A stretch of DNA of 64,000 bases, taken from positions 12,201-76,200 of the forward strand of contig CAZRVW010000001.1 of assembly GCA_964603645.1 (NCBI GenBank), in the 5' to 3' direction. The notes beneath the pieces are model-generated. The model worked only from the letters and a program-made list of their open reading frames with translations, did no database searches and was not told where the DNA came from. The position numbers and the translations under genes are program-made. Source of the stretch: an uncultured Novosphingobium sp. Its GTDB lineage: Bacteria; Pseudomonadota; Alphaproteobacteria; Sphingomonadales; Sphingomonadaceae. Shown here in pieces: positions 37,219 through 45,952 of the stretch. How positions within the stretch are numbered: position 1 is the first letter of the stretch; each line of letters begins with the position of its first letter.

Positions 37219-38049
37219 ATGTCAAAGCTGAGGAAATCGGTGGCGGGCGGCCCCGAGGCCGGCAATGGCGACCGCGCCCAGCCAAGGCTGAAGATCGCCG
37301 GACGCGTCGCCGCCGAGCTGCGCCGCGAAATCGTCACCGGCAAATTGCGCCCCGGGGACAAGCTCCACAACGAACGTGAATTGCAGGAGCAGTTCGATAT
37401 CTCGCGCCCGACGCTGCGTGAGGCGCTGCGCATGCTCGAATCCGAATCGCTGATCGTGGTCACGCGCGGCCAGCATGGCGGCGCGCGGGTGCAGGAGCCC
37501 AATCCCACGGTTCTCGCCCGGCAGGTCGGCGCCTTTCTGCAGATGAAGGGCGCGACGCTGCAGGATGTGTGGACGGCACGCATGCAGATCGAGCCTGGTG
37601 CTGCACGCATGCTCGCCGAGAGCCAGTCGCGTGACGCTATCGAGGCCATGCATGGAAATATTGCGAGCGCCAAAGCCGCGCTCGACGACCCGGTCGCCTA
37701 CGGCCACCTCACCAATGATTTCTCGCTGATCCTCACCCGGCATTGCGGCTCGCTGACGCTCGACACGATGGCAACGCTGATCCAGGACATCGTCGATGCC
37801 CAGCACGTCGATGTCACCGTGCGCACTTTCTCCCAAACCGGTGGCAAACGGATGCGCGAACTCAATATCCGCAGCCGTGAGAAATTGACGGTGCTGGTCG
37901 AAGCTGGCGACAGTGCCGGGGCAGAAAGCTTCTGGCGCAAGCATCTCGAACAGAGCGGCAAGGTCGTGTTCAGCGCCTATCAGGGCGGCAAACCCATCGA
38001 CATGGTGCCGCTTCCCGAGGCGGACCAGTCACGCAAGGTTTCGGGTTAG
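37219..38049 (+). CDS. GntR/FadR-family transcriptional regulator
   Basis: PGDKLHNERELQEQFDISRPTLREALRMLESESLI..RG..GG winged HTH followed by an FCD-like domain; exact start uncertain. Confidence 0.92.
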   Translation: MSKLRKSVAGGPEAGNGDRAQPRLKIAGRVAAELRREIVTGKLRPGDKLHNERELQEQFDISRPTLREALRMLESESLIVVTRGQHGGARVQEPNPTVLARQVGAFLQMKGATLQDVWTARMQIEPGAARMLAESQSRDAIEAMHGNIASAKAALDDPVAYGHLTNDFSLILTRHCGSLTLDTMATLIQDIVDAQHVDVTVRTFSQTGGKRMRELNIRSREKLTVLVEAGDSAGAESFWRKHLEQSGKVVFSAYQGGKPIDMVPLPEADQSRKVSG

Positions 38050-38087
38050 ATCACAAGTCACGAACATCGAGGGAGAAACGCAGGGCA

Positions 38088-38939
38088 ATGCGCACCGTCC
38101 ATTCCGGCATCGTCGATACGCTGATCGGCTTCCGCTCGCAGCGGGTCACCCCGGCAATCGCGGCCCTGCGCGAGAGCGACAAGGCCGAACACCATCCGCA
38201 CGGCTACATGTTCAAGGAAGTGCCCGACGAGCTGGAAGAGGGGGCCGAATTCGACTCGATCGGCGAGACGCTCTCGCTGATGGATCAATATGGCATCGAG
38301 ATCGGGCTGGTCAGCCACACCATGCCGGAAACGCCGAAGGCGCTGCGCGAGCATCCCGACCGCTTCATCGGCTGCCTCGCGGTCGACGGCAATCGCGGCA
38401 TGGACCAGATCCGCGACATCGTTGCCCTGCATGGCGAGGGCGCGATCCGCGCCGTCTCGACCTTCCCGGCGGGTGTTCACCCGCCGATCCCGATCAACGA
38501 CAAGCTATGGTATCCGGTCTATTCGAAATGCGTGGAGCTCGATATCCCGGTGTTCGTCGCGGTCGGTGCGCCGGGTCCGCGGGTCAAGATGATGCCGCAA
38601 TGGCCGGGCTACCTCGACGAGGTGTGCTACGACTTTCCCGAACTCAAGATCGTCATGCGTCACGGCGCCGAGCCCTGGGCGGACCTTGCCGTCAAGCTCA
38701 TGTTGAAATGGCCGAACCTGCACTATTCGACTTCGGGCTTCGCTCCCAAACATCTGCCCAAGGACATCATCCACTTCGCGAACACGCGCGGGCGCGAGAA
38801 GGTCATCTACGCGGGATATTTCCCGTTCGGTCTTGAGCTGGAACGCACCTTCCGCGAGCTTGACGACCTGGACTTTCGCGAGGAGGTCTGGCCGGACTTC
38901 TTCACCAACAATGCGCGGCGAGTGCTGAATCTGGGTTGA
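38088..38939 (+). CDS. Amidohydrolase_2 family protein with atypical metal site
   Basis: HPDRF, YPVYSKCVELDIP, FPELKIVMRHG.EPW, NARRVL; RBS GAGGGAG. Confidence 0.8.
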   Translation: MRTVHSGIVDTLIGFRSQRVTPAIAALRESDKAEHHPHGYMFKEVPDELEEGAEFDSIGETLSLMDQYGIEIGLVSHTMPETPKALREHPDRFIGCLAVDGNRGMDQIRDIVALHGEGAIRAVSTFPAGVHPPIPINDKLWYPVYSKCVELDIPVFVAVGAPGPRVKMMPQWPGYLDEVCYDFPELKIVMRHGAEPWADLAVKLMLKWPNLHYSTSGFAPKHLPKDIIHFANTRGREKVIYAGYFPFGLELERTFRELDDLDFREEVWPDFFTNNARRVLNLG

Positions 38940-39122
38940 GGAAACGCCAGCCGGGACTTGATCGGGGCACCGGCCTCTTCCGGATCGGCGTGTCGGTCGG
39001 TATTCTGCGGCGTTCACGCCATAGACCAAACATCAATTTCCTACGTGACCGCAGACGGCTATCGTAGTCACCAAACCATGCCCAGTCCCGCCGCCTGCAT
39101 TGCACTCATTCCCCGCGATTCA

Positions 39123-39250
39123 TGCCACCCGGAAACCGGCGTTTCCCGATTCTGCGCGAAGTGTCACCCTAAGCCCCGGAAACCCGCAGAAACCTGCGCG
39201 TTTCACAAGGGTGACGGACGGGGTGGCAAGTGTCACTTGTGTCACCCTCA
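39123..39250. repeat. Nested inverted-repeat element built from TG(T/C)CACCC units (REP/MITE-like or structured RNA)
   Basis: TGCCACCC 39123 pairs with GGGTGGCA 39221; GTCACCCT 39163 pairs with AGGGTGAC 39208; inner GAAAC.CGCAG-aaac-CTGCG.GTTTC; direct copy GTGTCACCCT at 39161 and 39239. Confidence 0.6.
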
Positions 39251-39359
39251 ACTGCGGCAATGCCAGCGCGGCAAAATCGGGCGCCAAACCCCACTTTGCT
39301 TTCCCACGCGTTTCGGGCACTTTGCAATGCAATCGCAAGTGACGGGGAGAGAGGCATAA

Positions 39360-41879
39360 ATGAACGGTATTCTTTCCGGCCTGCGCGTGCTCGATCTCTC
39401 TCGCGGCATTGCCGGGCCGATGACCGGCATGATGCTTACCGACCAGGGCGCGGACACAATCCTGATCGAGCCGCCGGGCGGCGACTGGCTGGCCGACGTC
39501 GGGCGTTGCCGTCTCGGTTATCGCACATGGCATCGCGGCAAGCGCGCGATCCAGCTCGATCTGACCGACGAGAAGGACCGCGAGGTGTTCCTTGCGCTGG
39601 CGCTGCATGCCGATGTCCTGATCGAAAGCTATCCGCTGGGCACCGCGCAGAAGCTCGGGGTCGATTACGAGGAACTGAGCAAGGCGAATCCTCGCCTGAT
39701 CCATGCCTCGATCGACGGCTATCGCGACACCTCGCACCGGGATCGCCCGGCCTACGACCTGCTCGTCTCGGCGCGCATGGGCCTGCAGTGGGAACACCGG
39801 TCATGGCCGGAAACCTCCCTCTACCGCATGGCGAAGGCGCCCGATCCTTTCCCCGATTTCGACGTCGATTGGGAGCTCAAGCAAGGTCCGCCGCGCGAAG
39901 GACCGATACTGGCGGGCGTGCCCACCGCCTCGCTCGGGACCTTTTACGGCCTGACCGCCGCCATCGGCGCGGCGCTCGTCTCGCGCGAGCAGAGCGGGCG
40001 CGGCCAACACATCCAGACCTCGATGATGCAGGGCTGCGCCTATTCCGCCCAGACCGTGTGGCAGCGCGCCGAACAATACGATGCGCCCGGCTTCGCCACC
40101 TGGATCTACGGCAGCAAGGCGCCCAAAGGCCATTTCAAGTGCTCCGATGGGAAATGGATTCACCAATGGGTGCCCAATCCGCGCTTCATGCTCGGGGCGT
40201 CGGCAGGCGAAGCACTCGATTCGACTCCGGACCTTTCCACTCGCGACGATCCCGACCGCCTCGGCACCTCGGTCGAGGAAACCTTCGTCGTCGCCTACTA
40301 TAACGAGCAGATCGCTCCCCGGGTCGCCAAGTTCCCCAGCGATGAATGGGTCCGCGCCGGGGCAATTGCCGACATTCCGCTGCAGATCGTGCGTACTACC
40401 GAAGAGGCACTGACCGACCCGGATTTTCTTGACTATGGCGCGATCCGCGAAGTCGACGACCCGATGTTCGGCAAAGTGCGGCAGGCGGGCCGCTTCATCG
40501 AATATGGCGCCACGCCAAGCGAACCTTCAGGCGTCGCACCCTTGCCGAACGAGCACGAGGCGGACGTGCGTGCCGAAGCCGAACTGCTGAAGTTCACCGA
40601 GCCGCAGCCTGCGCCCGCCGCCGCTGGCGATGCGAAGCCTCCGCTCGACGGCATTCGCGTGCTCGATTTCGGGCTGGCGCTCGCTGGCCCCTACGGCACC
40701 CAGACGCTTGGCGATCTTGGCGCCGATGTCATCAAGATCGGCGCCTTCCATGACGCCTACTGGCACCGCAACCACATCGCGATGTGCTGCAACCGCTCCA
40801 AGCGCAGCCTGTGCATCGACCTCAAGCATCCCGGCTCGCGCGAAGTGCTGCACCGGCTGGTGGCAAGCGCCGACATCGTCCAGCACAACATGCGCTATGG
40901 CGCGGCGCAGCGGCTTGGCATCGACTACGAGAGCCTCAAGGCGGTCCGCCCGGATCTCATTTACTGTCACACGCTTGGCTTCCTGCCCGGTCCGAGCGAG
41001 AACCTGCCCGGCAACGAGCAGACCGGCGCGTGTCGGGCCGGTGTCGAATGGGAAGACGGCGGCATGTCGCGCGGCGGCAAGCCGATCTGGACGATGACGC
41101 AATATGGAGACACCGGCAACGGCGTGCTCTCGGCCATCGGCTTGCTCAATGCCCTGCGCCACCGGATGCGCACCGGAGAGGGCCAGTTCCTGCGCACCTC
41201 GATCGTCAATGCGCAATTGCTGAATGCTTCGCACATCATGGCGCGGCCCGATGGCGAGGGACTCGAACGCTGGCATCTCGACGGCATGCAGAGCCACTTC
41301 ACCGCGCTCTACGGCATCTACCCCACAGCGGATGAATGGCTGGCGCTTGCCGTGCTGACGGAGCAGCACTGGAAGAATCTCGTTTCCGTTCTGCCCGCGC
41401 TGGCCGATGAGCGCTTTGCCGATGCGGAGGCGCGCGCGGCCAACGATGCAGCGCTGCGCGCTTTGCTCGAAAAGGTGTTCGCGGAGCGCCCGGCGTCAGA
41501 ATGGTTCGCGCTGCTCGATGCGGCAGACGTGCCCTGCGAAATCAGCGACCCACATTTCGGCCAGGAGTTCCACGACGATGCCGAGATCAAGGCCATGGGT
41601 CTGACTGCGCAGTTCGACAACCCGGTTGTCGGCAGGTTCGATCAGGTCGGCCTATCCTACCAGTTCTCCGAAACGCCTGCCTCGATCCCGTATGGTCCGG
41701 TCGTGCTCGGTCAGGAAAGCGCAGAAGTGCTGGCGGAATTGGGCTATTCGCGCGCCGAAATCGATGCACTCGCGGCCGAAAGGGTGGTCGGCCTGTGGCA
41801 ACCGGGCGAGCCGATGCTCGAAGGACGCAGGGAAATGGGTCTGTCCAAGGCGGCGCGGGAAGCCTCAAAGGCGGAGTAG
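39360..41879 (+). CDS. Tandem-domain family III CoA-transferase
   Basis: 839 aa; two CaiB-like repeats (LSGLRVLDLSRGIAGP and LDGIRVLDFGLALAGP); RBS GGGGAG. Confidence 0.9.
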   Translation: MNGILSGLRVLDLSRGIAGPMTGMMLTDQGADTILIEPPGGDWLADVGRCRLGYRTWHRGKRAIQLDLTDEKDREVFLALALHADVLIESYPLGTAQKLGVDYEELSKANPRLIHASIDGYRDTSHRDRPAYDLLVSARMGLQWEHRSWPETSLYRMAKAPDPFPDFDVDWELKQGPPREGPILAGVPTASLGTFYGLTAAIGAALVSREQSGRGQHIQTSMMQGCAYSAQTVWQRAEQYDAPGFATWIYGSKAPKGHFKCSDGKWIHQWVPNPRFMLGASAGEALDSTPDLSTRDDPDRLGTSVEETFVVAYYNEQIAPRVAKFPSDEWVRAGAIADIPLQIVRTTEEALTDPDFLDYGAIREVDDPMFGKVRQAGRFIEYGATPSEPSGVAPLPNEHEADVRAEAELLKFTEPQPAPAAAGDAKPPLDGIRVLDFGLALAGPYGTQTLGDLGADVIKIGAFHDAYWHRNHIAMCCNRSKRSLCIDLKHPGSREVLHRLVASADIVQHNMRYGAAQRLGIDYESLKAVRPDLIYCHTLGFLPGPSENLPGNEQTGACRAGVEWEDGGMSRGGKPIWTMTQYGDTGNGVLSAIGLLNALRHRMRTGEGQFLRTSIVNAQLLNASHIMARPDGEGLERWHLDGMQSHFTALYGIYPTADEWLALAVLTEQHWKNLVSVLPALADERFADAEARAANDAALRALLEKVFAERPASEWFALLDAADVPCEISDPHFGQEFHDDAEIKAMGLTAQFDNPVVGRFDQVGLSYQFSETPASIPYGPVVLGQESAEVLAELGYSRAEIDALAAERVVGLWQPGEPMLEGRREMGLSKAAREASKAE

Positions 41880-41883
41880 TCCA

Positions 41884-43023
41884 CTACTCCCGCACCAAGA
41901 CCATCCCGCATTGGCGCCCTGCGCAGAGCGCCACTTTTGCGCCCTCGATCTGGTTGGGCGACGTGCCGCGCATCTGGCGCACGCATTCGGTCGCGTTGTT
42001 AAGGCCATGCAGGTAAGCCTCGCCGATCAGCCCGCCATTGGTATTGACCGGGGTCGAGCCGCCCGGCCCGAGTTCGCCCGCGAGGATCGCATCGCGCACT
42101 TCACCCGGCTTGCACAGGCCATACCCTTCATAGGAGATGGGAATGCTCGGCGAGAAATTGTCGTAGATGGTCGAAACGTCGATCTCGGCGGGCGACAGCC
42201 CGGTCTGCTCCCACAGCCCATTGGCGACATGTACCGTATCCTCGGGGAACACGAGGTTCTTCTTGTAGTAATTGTACATCATCGATTCGCCGAGCGGCCA
42301 CGCCTGCTGCACGCCCAGGACCCGCACGACCGGCCTTCCCGAAGCCCGCGCCGTATCCAGCCGCGAGACGACGAAAGCGACGCCGCCGTCGGTCTCCTGA
42401 CAGAAGTCGTAGAGCCGCAGGACGGGCTTGACGATCCAGCGCGAACGCTGGTGATCCTCCAAAGTGATCGGCCGTTCGTAAAACCAGGCGTCGGGATTGT
42501 TCGCCGCCCAGGCGCGCATCTGCACGACGAGATGGCCGAGGTCCTCGCTGGTCATGCCGCGCGCATCGAGGAAGGGCTTGTGCCACATGGCGTATACCTG
42601 CCCCGGTGTGACAAGCCCGAGGCTCTTGTGAAAGTCGCGCATGGTCCCTGCATTATAGGTCGGCTGGCCGAAGCGCGCTTCGGAGCGTTCGTTGAAAGCG
42701 CGAAAGATCAACACGTTGTTCGCCTGCCCGCTCTCAATCGCGGCGGCGGCTAGCTGGAATGTGGCATAGGCCCCTTCGCCACCGAACGGCGCCTTGCCGG
42801 TCCAGCGTACCATCGGCAGGCCAAGCGCGTTCTGCAGGTCGTGGTCGGAATTGGTGTCCATGGTGAAGCTGACGAGACCGTCTATGTCGCTGCGCTCAAG
42901 ACCCGAATCCTCGATCGCCTTGGCGCTGGCTTCGGCGCACAGCGACATCACGCTCCGGCCCGAATCCTTGGTGTAGGCGGTCTGACCAATGCCGGTGATC
43001 GCGGTCTTTCCGGCCTCACTCAT
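41884..43023 (-). CDS. Ltp2-like thiolase-fold aldolase (lipid-transfer protein family)
   Basis: KDSGRS, DGLVSFTMD, RAFNERS..RFGQ, CQETDGG, IYDNF, NTNGG..GEAYLHG; no thiolase catalytic Cys. Confidence 0.85.
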   Translation of the reverse strand: MSEAGKTAITGIGQTAYTKDSGRSVMSLCAEASAKAIEDSGLERSDIDGLVSFTMDTNSDHDLQNALGLPMVRWTGKAPFGGEGAYATFQLAAAAIESGQANNVLIFRAFNERSEARFGQPTYNAGTMRDFHKSLGLVTPGQVYAMWHKPFLDARGMTSEDLGHLVVQMRAWAANNPDAWFYERPITLEDHQRSRWIVKPVLRLYDFCQETDGGVAFVVSRLDTARASGRPVVRVLGVQQAWPLGESMMYNYYKKNLVFPEDTVHVANGLWEQTGLSPAEIDVSTIYDNFSPSIPISYEGYGLCKPGEVRDAILAGELGPGGSTPVNTNGGLIGEAYLHGLNNATECVRQMRGTSPNQIEGAKVALCAGRQCGMVLVRE

Positions 43024-43397
43024 TGCACCCCTCCGGTCGTACGCACCAGCGGCAGAAGCTGCCCATCATGTTCGGCGATCTCGAAACGCACCGGCGCGCC
43101 TTTCTGCGCATTCTCCGGATCGAGCAGGCTCGACACCATCCGCAGGCCCTCCGGCAGGTCGACGAGGCAAACGCAGCGCGGCTCGTCATCGCGCCGGGTT
43201 GGGTGCACAGACTCAAGAAAGGCCAGGATCTTGCCTTGGCCGGAAAGCGGTTCGGCGTGCCATTCGTCCGAACCACAGGCTGCGCAGCGGGGAGCAGGAG
43301 GATGGCGCAGTGCCTGGCAACCATCGCATTGCTGGGCGAGCAGTTCGCCCCGGTCGATTCCTTCCCAGAAGAAATCCTGATCGCGCTTCGCTTGCAT
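43020..43397 (-). CDS. DUF35 Zn-ribbon/OB-fold protein
   Basis: FFWEG, CDGC...HPP.P.CAAC, SGQGKI, LPEGLRMVS; stop overlaps the aldolase start. Confidence 0.88.
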   Translation of the reverse strand: MQAKRDQDFFWEGIDRGELLAQQCDGCQALRHPPAPRCAACGSDEWHAEPLSGQGKILAFLESVHPTRRDDEPRCVCLVDLPEGLRMVSSLLDPENAQKGAPVRFEIAEHDGQLLPLVRTTGGVQ

Positions 43398-43442
43398 GAG
43401 TTCGCCTCCCTTCGCTGGCCATCAGGCTTTCAGAGGAAGCCG

Positions 43443-43473
43443 TTGACAGTCAAGCCCGCGGGTGAAATTGACA
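43443..43473. promoter_or_regulatory. Divergent promoter region with TTGAC-A-GTCAA palindrome and a second TTGACA
   Basis: TTGACAGTCAA at 43443 supplies -35-like hexamers on both strands; TTGACA at 43468. Confidence 0.4.
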
Positions 43474-43521
43474 AGAGACATGGCCAGCCCGGTAGGGGCT
43501 TAGCCGCACGGGAGAGCCACA

Positions 43522-44346
43522 GTGAAAACCAGCGTTACGCCGGGACGCCTCAGCCACATGAATGCTGTCATCGACAATTATCAGGATGCGGTGAAGCACT
43601 TCATCGATTTCTATGACGGCAACATGATGCTCGACCTGCCGGGACCGAACTGGAACGCCTGCCTGATCGAGATCGGCGGGGTCATCACCGAATTCTTCGG
43701 GCCGTTTAATTTCATGCTCAACACGCGCAACGGCGCGCACTGGCTTGGCGTCGAATATGAAGCGCCAATGAAAGAGAGCCGCGCTGCGGTCGCCGCCAAC
43801 AACGTGCGCATCTATCGCGATCTGGAAGTCGCGTTCCACACCGACCCGGCGGACGGCTTCGGCGTCGATTACGAGCTTTACGAGGGCACATTCTTCGGCC
43901 CCGATGCGCCCAATGTGACCACGCACGATCGCGGCGCGAACTTCTGGCGGAACGAGCATCCGGCCGGCATGACCGGCCCGGTCGGCTATACCCAGGCATG
44001 CGCCAGCATCGATGCTGCCGGCGCGCTACTCGAAAACCTATTCGGGTCCTCTCGCGTCTACGACGCAGACCGCCCTGCCCTCGCCGCAAAGGCGCGTGGC
44101 TACGCGATTTCGGATCATGTCGTTGAATTGCTCGAACCCGTCGGACCCGGCCCGCTGATGGACGAGATGATGCGATCGGGCGAAGGCATTCGCTCCCTCG
44201 TGATCGGCATCGCAGATCTCGACAAGGCGGAGGCTCATTTCGAAAGTAAGGGCCTGCCGATCATTGCCGGGACCCTGCCCGACAGCTTTGCCATCGATCC
44301 TGAAGCCAATTTCGGACTTCTGTTCGAATTCGCGCTTAAGTCCTGA
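43522..44346 (+). CDS. VOC (glyoxalase/epimerase) superfamily protein, two domains
   Basis: GTG start after GGGAGAG; LSHMNAVI, VVELLEP, GEGIRSL, FGLLFEF. Confidence 0.65.
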   Translation: MKTSVTPGRLSHMNAVIDNYQDAVKHFIDFYDGNMMLDLPGPNWNACLIEIGGVITEFFGPFNFMLNTRNGAHWLGVEYEAPMKESRAAVAANNVRIYRDLEVAFHTDPADGFGVDYELYEGTFFGPDAPNVTTHDRGANFWRNEHPAGMTGPVGYTQACASIDAAGALLENLFGSSRVYDADRPALAAKARGYAISDHVVELLEPVGPGPLMDEMMRSGEGIRSLVIGIADLDKAEAHFESKGLPIIAGTLPDSFAIDPEANFGLLFEFALKS

Positions 44347-44350
44347 GCCA

Positions 44351-45127
44351 ATGAACGAGGACATCAAGCGGGAAGATCGTAACGGCATAGTCGTCGTGAC
44401 ATTCACGCGCCATCTGAAGCGCAATGCGCTGAACGTCGCGATGCGCGAGGTGTTGTTCAACGCGGTCGACGACCTACGCGACAACGATGATCTGCGCGTG
44501 CTGCTGATCCGCGCCGAAGGGCCGGTCTTCACCGCCGGGATCGACATCAAGGAGCACCAGCAGCTCTACCCCGGCTCGCGCGGCATGCAGGAATTCCGGC
44601 GCGACTACCGGCGCAATATCCATCGCTACTTCGACGAAATGGAATTCGTCGAAAAGCCCGTGGTCATGGCGATTGACGGGGTGTGCCTCGGCCTCGGCGT
44701 CGAAATGGCAGGCGCGGTCGATTTCCGCATCGCTTCCACCCGCGCGGAATTCGGACTGCCCGAGGTCGACATGGGTATCGTCGCCGGCAGCGGCGGCACC
44801 AGCCGCATCGTGCGGCTGTGCGGCGTCGGCTGGGCCAAGTGGCTGGGCATGGCGGGCGAGCGGATCGACGCAGAGACCGCGCTCAAGGCCGGGCTGGTTC
44901 AGGCCGTTTGGGATACTGAGCGCTTCGACGAGCAGGTCATGGACTTCTGCAAGAGGATTGCCGCCAAGCCGGCGGACGCGGTCGGTTCGGCCAAGGTCGC
45001 TATCGACCTGTGCAAGGATCTAGATCGTGCGGGCGGCCGCGCCGTAGAGCGAATGGTCAACACCCCGCTGCTCCTTGATTCGAACAAGCGCCTGCCACCT
45101 CTCGGCGGGCAAGGAGAAGACAATTGA
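44351..45127 (+). CDS. Enoyl-CoA hydratase (both catalytic Glu present)
   Basis: Start ATG 44351; FTAGID, CLGLGVE, FGLPEVDMG. Confidence 0.88.
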   Translation: MNEDIKREDRNGIVVVTFTRHLKRNALNVAMREVLFNAVDDLRDNDDLRVLLIRAEGPVFTAGIDIKEHQQLYPGSRGMQEFRRDYRRNIHRYFDEMEFVEKPVVMAIDGVCLGLGVEMAGAVDFRIASTRAEFGLPEVDMGIVAGSGGTSRIVRLCGVGWAKWLGMAGERIDAETALKAGLVQAVWDTERFDEQVMDFCKRIAAKPADAVGSAKVAIDLCKDLDRAGGRAVERMVNTPLLLDSNKRLPPLGGQGEDN

Positions 45128-45951
45128 GCTGGAATACCCTCATTTACGAAAAGCGCGGCCACGCCGCCTGCATCACGCTGAATCGTCCCGACAAGATGAA
45201 CGCCGTCTCCATCGAGATGATGAAGGAGCTTGCCCGCCTCTATCGCGAAGTCGAGGAAGACGATGATGTATGGACCCTGATCGTCACTGGCGCGGGGCAC
45301 AAGGCGCTGTGTACCGGCGCGGACATGGCAGTGTTCGAACTGACCAAGAAGGGCGAGCACATCACCGGCATCGACATGTGGGGTGAGCCGATGCTGGCCA
45401 ATCGCCGCCAGTGGGAAGTTCCGCAGGAAGCAACCCCGCCCTACATGGAAATGACCAAGCCGATTATCTGCGCAGTGAACGGTGTCGCCTGCGGGGCGGG
45501 GCTCGATCTGGTATCGACGGCAGACGTGGCCATCGCTGCCGATCATGCGACGTTCTTCGATCCGCACGTTTCGATCGGCGTAGTCTCTGGCCGCGAGATG
45601 GTGCGGATGGCGCGCGTTCTGCCCTTGCCGGTGGCAATGCGCATGGCGGTGATGGGCAAGCATGAGCAGCTGACCGCGCAGCGCGCCTATGAGATCGGCC
45701 TGATCACTGAAGTCGTGCCCAAGGACAACCTCATGGACCGCGCCTGGGAACTTGCCGAGATCGTCAACCGCAACGCCCCGCTCGCCGTGCGCGGCACCCG
45801 CATGGCGATGCGCAAGGGTCTTTCGCTGCCAATCTACGAAGCGGAACTGCTGGCCGAGAGCTATCGCGTGCGCTGCGCCCAGACCGACGATGGCGCGGAG
45901 GGCCCCACCGCTTTCCTCGAAAAGCGCGATCCTGTCTGGAAGGGCCGCTGA
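45124..45951 (+). CDS. Enoyl-CoA hydratase/isomerase family (Asp/His type)
   Basis: TTG start overlapping upstream stop after AGGAG; LNRPDKMNA, CTGAD, ACGAGLD, FFDPHVSIG, AFLEKRDP. Confidence 0.88.
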   Translation: MSWNTLIYEKRGHAACITLNRPDKMNAVSIEMMKELARLYREVEEDDDVWTLIVTGAGHKALCTGADMAVFELTKKGEHITGIDMWGEPMLANRRQWEVPQEATPPYMEMTKPIICAVNGVACGAGLDLVSTADVAIAADHATFFDPHVSIGVVSGREMVRMARVLPLPVAMRMAVMGKHEQLTAQRAYEIGLITEVVPKDNLMDRAWELAEIVNRNAPLAVRGTRMAMRKGLSLPIYEAELLAESYRVRCAQTDDGAEGPTAFLEKRDPVWKGR

Positions 45952-45952
45952 C

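Noticed and set aside
39123-39250. Possible CRISPR array or tRNA
   Set aside because: Repeat units are 8-10 nt, in mixed orientation and irregularly spaced; no cas genes, cloverleaf or T-loop
38958-39359. Short ORFs in the large intergenic gap
   Set aside because: No RBS or typical codon usage; they are translations of the palindromic element
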